This document shows positions 7,736 through 12,658 of a stretch of 12,658 nucleotides of DNA, in pieces. This DNA is from Armatimonadota bacterium (GTDB lineage: Bacteria > Armatimonadota > Armatimonadia > Armatimonadales > Armatimonadaceae), in assembly GCA_043754515.1 (NCBI GenBank), contig JAYUUO010000123.1, positions 1 through 12,658 on the forward strand, read 5' to 3'. The notes under the pieces were generated by a model, which was not told the origin of the DNA, ran no database searches, and worked only from the letters and a program-made list of their open reading frames with translations. The translations under genes and the position numbers were made by a program. Position 1 is the first letter of the stretch. Every line of letters starts with the position of its first letter.

Positions 7736-7737
7736 TA
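7732..7737 (-). promoter_or_regulatory. Probable native cmk -10 box, displaced by the IS
   Basis: Minus-strand TATACT. In the reconstructed empty site it lies 12 nt upstream of the cmk ATG (TATACT-acggcttagatt-ATGAAA). Confidence 0.55.
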
Positions 7738-7870
7738 ACCTATGTTCGCCGCAGAACACCGTCGGAATGATTCGGTGTTAATGTGGCGTGTGCGGTTCAC
7801 TTAGGCACCATAAAGCCTGGTAAGCCGTATCGAACATGATTATTAACCTCAAAGGAGTTTCGCTCCCGCG

Positions 7871-7876
7871 TAGAAT
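7871..7876 (+). promoter_or_regulatory. Possible -10 box for res
   Basis: TAGAAT 9 nt upstream of the inferred GTG start at 7886. No clear -35. Confidence 0.4.
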
Positions 7877-7885
7877 TAAGTGTCT

Positions 7886-10749
7886 GTGATAAGTGACCTA
7901 ATCGCCGCGCAAGTGCGGGCATAGTTTGAGCAACCTGGTTGTACCGCACGGGCGGTTGTGGCGCATATCCAAAGCGTCGGGTTTTTCCGTGACGCACAAG
8001 TAGAAGCGATAAAAACCTACTTGTATCTGAAAATCATTGGCGGCAACCGGCCTCTTGCCGAACTGCTTTGCGGGGGCGCATGGTTCCCCCCGGAGGATTT
8101 AGGCCGTTTGAACATCAGCGAGGAAGCCCGCGCCCGATTCGGGTCCGACCGCGCCGCATTATCATTGTTTCAGTTCTCGCGTCTAAAGACCGGCCCGGCG
8201 CAGACCCGCTCTCTGCTCCCAGAACTTGAGACCTATCTGCGTGACTCCGGCGCGGGGGTGTCCTGTGACACTGTGGTACGACAACTGTTCTACGGCGTCT
8301 CGTACCCCGATTACCTGTTTAGTTTGCCCATGGGAGCCGGGAAGACGTTTCTGATGGCGGCGTTTATTTACCTCGACTTGTACTTCGCTCAAAACGAGCC
8401 GGATAACCCCGCGTTCGCGCATAACTTTGTGTTGCTTGCACCGTCCGGCCTCAAATCGTCAATCATGCCGAGTTTGAAAACGATTGAGAACTTCGACCCT
8501 CGCACCGTTCTGCCGGAGCCAGCGGCGAGTACTATCCGTGCCCTCGTGAAGTTTGAACTTTTAGATCAGCCGAAGTCTAGCGTGAAAAGTAACAAAGCCC
8601 GCAACCCGAACGCACAAAAAGTGGCCCGCCATCAACCGTTCGCTGACCTGATGGGGCTAATTATTGTCACCAACGCCGAGAAAGTAGTGCTGGATAAACT
8701 TGGCGATTACGGGTTGTTTGAGCCGACCGAAGACGAAAAAAACGCCACCGAAAACGAACTACGAAACCTCATCGGCAGGATTCCACATCTGCAAATCCTG
8801 ATTGACGAGGTGCATCATGCCACGACCGACGACATCAAACTGCGGCACGTCGTCAACAAATGGTACGCGACTGGGAACGTCACCGGCGTTCTCGGCTTTT
8901 CGGGAACCCCGTATCTGTCATCGCCGGAAACGGTGACGGTTGGTAACGGCGGCGTGTTACTTAAGTTCGCGCAAATCACGAACACAGTTTTTTATTACCC
9001 GCTGACAACTGCGATTCGACGGTTCCTAAAAAAGCCAGCGGTTCGTACCTTGACACAACTCAGTCCCGAGGCGATTGTACGACATGGAGTAACCGAGTTT
9101 CGTGCGCAATACGGCGACAAGTTCTATGCCGGAGGGCAGACCGCAAAGCTGGCTATCTATTGTGGCTCTATCGAACGGTTGGAGGAGAGCGTCTACCCCT
9201 TGCTCCTCGCAATGGGGATCTTGCCCGACGCGGTTTTGAAGTATCACCGGGGTAACACGAGACACTGAATCGCGCTGACCGCTGAAGCCGAGTTCCGCGC
9301 TCTTGATACCGCCGTGTCTCGCAAACGCATTGTGCTACTGGTGCAAATCGGCAAAGAAGGTTGGGACTGCCGGAGTCTGACCGGCGTTATTTTGTCGCAG
9401 AAGGGGGATAGTCCCCCCAACATGGTGCTCCAAACTGCCTGTCGGTGCTTGCGCTATATGGATGGCGGCACGGACGAGACGGCGGGTATCTGGCTCAATG
9501 CCGACAACGCCAAGATACTAGATAAGCAACTCAAGGAGGAGCAACAAACCAGTATCGCGGAGATTAACGGACTTAAGGGCGGTGACACTGGTGTGCCGAT
9601 GCGCCCGCGCCTGTCCCGTGCCGATGTACTGAAATTGCCGCCGATGGATTTTTACCGGTTACAGGTGCGCTTCTACACGCTGACAGTGGCACAACCGTTG
9701 CCGCGCTAGATGTTGTGCCCTTCCGCCGCAACGCCGTTATCACGACCGGAACGCTCGGCGCGACGGACGCTGACGTGCTACGGATTCTGCATAACGACCG
9801 AGGCGCGGTCGCGCACTTCGACCAATGGCTTTTATGCATCGGCAAATCGTCATTTGGCGCGGTGTCGCTTACGGCATTACGGCAACTTGCTCCCGAACTG
9901 CGCCGGGTGTTCGATGCTATCACTTACGCTGATGCAGACGGTGTGAGCCGGTTTAACGCCTTGTACGACATTGAGGCTATTGCCGCCCGAATCCGGCTCG
10001 CGTTTCATGCGGCGCGGACTTTAACTACAACGTGCGACATCGTGCCGCAAACAGCGCGCCTTCTAATCGCCGAGAAATTGCACCCTATCGCGTCTGCGAC
10101 ACCGCGTTTATATCCCAGCGAAGTGGACACCGACATTATCACACAAGCCGATGCCCTGAACCAGACGACATCACAGTACCTCGCGGCACAAGAAGCGCAA
10201 CTAGTTCAGGCACGTGAACTCTTAGCCGCGCAAGGACTCGCACACCTATTAAACGCGTCACCATCTTCCGTGAGCGCAACAGTTTCGCAGAAAGATCGCT
10301 CCTTCCACTACTTACCGTATAAGTTCGACAGTGATCCTGAAGCCGATTTCTTGCGGATGGCGCTGGCTCTGTCAGAACTGGATGACCTAGAATTGTATTT
10401 TAATGGCGAAGGCGACTTGACCGAGTTTCGCGTCGAATGCTTCGCGCCTGCGGCACACGGATTTACCCGTATCGGCTGGTACACGCCTGACTTTCTGCTC
10501 ATCAAGCGGGGGGCGGACGGTGCTATTCACCGCGCACTTATCGTTGAGATCAAAGGCAGGGGATACGCCTCGCAACCCGAGTTTCTCGCCCGCAAAGCGT
10601 TCATGCAAACGCGGTTCGTTCCGATGAACAACGAGGCGTTCGGATACGAGCGGTTCTCGTACCTGTATCTGACGGACGCCGACCCGATGACGGAAAACCT
10701 GCGTAAACTGCGCGACGCGGCGGCGGCATTTTTCATAGAAGAACAGTAG
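7886..10749 (+). pseudogene. res: Type III restriction endonuclease Res subunit (SF2 helicase + PD-(D/E)XK nuclease), inactivated
   Basis: RDAQVEAI Q-motif, LPMGAGKT Walker A, IDEVHH Walker B, FSGTP, KEGWD, and C-terminal YTPDF...VEIKG. Broken by an in-frame TAG at 7922-7924, an in-frame TGA at 9266-9268 and a frameshift at ~9680-9705. Inferred start is GTG 7886 (MISDLIAAQVRA*FEQPGC...). Confidence 0.88.
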
Positions 10750-10814
10750 CGGGATGGCGATGCTGGAGATGCTCACCATATTAGGCTAACGACAGATCAG
10801 CAAGTTATAATATT

Positions 10815-12658
10815 ATGGCAGTTACCTACATACCTTATATTCCCGACACCGTGCGTGGGCAGGCTATCCTTGACAACATCACGCGCACCCGGCGTGTGCT
10901 CCGTTTTCGCGGCAATAATGACGTGTATAAGGATGTGCGGCGCGGCTTGCCCTTGTACGAGACAGTCGCCGAGGAAGTCGTCGGGAGCGGCGCGGCGAGC
11001 GCGGCGCAAAACCTCCTGATACGCGGCGAGTGTTTGTCGGCCTGCGCGTACCTCAAAAACGCTGGTATTTTGCTTGATCTGGTGTATATTGACCCGCCGT
11101 TCGCGTCTGGGGCGGACTACGCGAAAAAAGTGTACATACGGCGCAACCCCGAAAAGGCAATGGCACTGCTCCAAGCCGAACAGGAACTCGAAATCGACGA
11201 ACTGCGGATGTTCGAGGAGAAAATGTACGGCGACATTTGGAATAAGGAAGACTACCTGAACTGGATGTTTGAAAACCTGACCGCTATTAAAATGGTGATG
11301 AGCGAGACGGCTAGCATTTACGTGCATCTAAATCATGCCATCGGGCACTACGTGAAAGTGTTGATGGACGAAGTTTTTGGAGAGGAGAATTTCGAGAACG
11401 AAGTAATTTGGTGTTATTCTGAACGGGGTATTTCAAAAACAAATTGGAACAGAAAGCACGATAATATTTACTTCTATACGAGGTCGCGTGATTATTACTT
11501 TGATTGTAATGCAGTGAGAGACGAATACTCCGATGAATCAACGAAAAAGTTTAAGTATTGGGATACGGAAGTTGGTGACCACTATCAAATCAGAGGGAGA
11601 AATATTCAAGGTAGCCCTGTGCAACGAGCGGATGGCTTACTTCCAAAGGATGAGTTAACTTATCCCGGATTGACGTACAGGCAGTATTTAGGTAGCGGAA
11701 TGTTGCCTAAAGATTGGTGGGATATTCCTCTTGTAAATAAGGCTGCGAACGAACGCACCGAATACGCGACCCAGAAGCCAGAAGCCCTACTAGAGCGCAT
11801 CATCAAAGCATCGTCGAACACCGTCCGTGCGGATGGTTCGCCAATGATCGTCGCCGACTTTTTCGGCGGAAGCGGCGTTACCGCGAAGGTAGCGCACGAC
11901 CTCGGACGCCGCTTCGTTCACGTAGATGTCGGCACGAACAGCATCCAGACTGCCCGCGACCGGTTACAAGCGGCGGGCGCGTCTTTCACCGTGCGCGATA
12001 TTCAGGATGGCGTTTCGCTATTTCGCAACCCGCAACAAACGATGGACAAACTCAAGGAGTTGATCATCGGTCTCAAAAACGAAGATGGCTTGGACGCTTT
12101 CTGGGAGGGGGCTATCGCCGATAGCAAGCGGGGCACGATCCCAGTTTACCTGCCCAACCTGCTCGATCATCAAACTAAGGTGTTGGACGTGCCGATGATC
12201 AACCGCGTCATCGGCGAAGGGTTACCTTCGCTAGCTGAAAAAGACATACAAAAGGTGATCGTCTACGACATAGATGTCTACGATCGCGCCGGTGTCGAAG
12301 CGTTCATCAAGGATAACAATCTAACCGGCGTTGAGATCGAGTTGCGCGATTTAAAGGAGATTTTAGACGACGTCGTACTCAACGATGTCGTGGAGTTCAC
12401 GCTCTCTGAACTACCGAACGAGGGAGGCTACGAAGTCACGCTCACGCACTTCGCCAGCGACAGGCTTGAAAGTAAAATCGACGAATACAATGCTAAGCGT
12501 GCATTAACCGTAGCCGCCCGAACACTGCTTTTGACGCGGAGTGAAGAGACAGGCAACGACATGGACGCCGAGATATCACGCGGTAATGCCGTACCATTCC
12601 AGCCGATCACCGCGAGCGAGAGCGGCTTAGAGTTTATCGAATGGTTGAGCCTTGACTG
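10815..12658 (+). CDS. mod: Type III R-M Mod subunit / beta-class N6-adenine (N4/N6) DNA methyltransferase, 3'-truncated by the window edge
   Basis: Manual translation from ATG 10815 ([21 protein letters not shown]...) is open to the end of the window. Motif IV VYIDPPF (DPPF 11091-11102), [17 protein letters not shown], and motif I DFFGGSG (11856-11876). Adjacent to res. Confidence 0.92.
   Translation, partial: MAVTYIPYIPDTVRGQAILDNITRTRRVLRFRGNNDVYKDVRRGLPLYETVAEEVVGSGAASAAQNLLIRGECLSACAYLKNAGILLDLVYIDPPFASGADYAKKVYIRRNPEKAMALLQAEQELEIDELRMFEEKMYGDIWNKEDYLNWMFENLTAIKMVMSETASIYVHLNHAIGHYVKVLMDEVFGEENFENEVIWCYSERGISKTNWNRKHDNIYFYTRSRDYYFDCNAVRDEYSDESTKKFKYWDTEVGDHYQIRGRNIQGSPVQRADGLLPKDELTYPGLTYRQYLGSGMLPKDWWDIPLVNKAANERTEYATQKPEALLERIIKASSNTVRADGSPMIVADFFGGSGVTAKVAHDLGRRFVHVDVGTNSIQTARDRLQAAGASFTVRDIQDGVSLFRNPQQTMDKLKELIIGLKNEDGLDAFWEGAIADSKRGTIPVYLPNLLDHQTKVLDVPMINRVIGEGLPSLAEKDIQKVIVYDIDVYDRAGVEAFIKDNNLTGVEIELRDLKEILDDVVLNDVVEFTLSELPNEGGYEVTLTHFASDRLESKIDEYNAKRALTVAARTLLLTRSEETGNDMDAEISRGNAVPFQPITASESGLEFIEWLSLD

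Noticed and set aside
7922..9268. Stop-codon reassignment or readthrough (TAG, TGA) in res
   Set aside because: Two different stop codons plus a frameshift occur in the same gene, while TAG and TGA end intact genes (plsC, tnpB) normally. Decay is the simpler explanation.

Overview
High-GC bacterial window with four blocks. (1) 1-4850 is a polymorphic-toxin region. On the minus strand is a signal-peptide-bearing Rhs/YD-repeat gene with a ParB/sulfiredoxin-like C-terminal toxin and a coupled small putative immunity gene. The Rhs gene carries a ~260-aa Gly/Thr/Ser/Pro loop insert and is frameshifted by an apparent 25-bp palindromic micro-insertion just before the Rhs core. Lower-GC small-ORF and Rhs debris lie at the left edge. 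(2) Housekeeping cmk-plsC on the minus strand. (3) A 1293-bp tnpB-only IS200/IS605-family element (6427-7719) whose two ends can be placed by guide/cleavage-site pairing. Its target TCAT is the reverse complement of the cmk start (ATGA), so it sits between the cmk start codon and the likely native cmk -10 box. (4) A type III restriction-modification locus: a Res pseudogene with two nonsense codons and one frameshift, followed by a Mod methyltransferase with an AT-rich target-recognition region. Mod is open to the window end and is absent from the supplied ORF track. All calls come from manual motif reading; no database searches were run.
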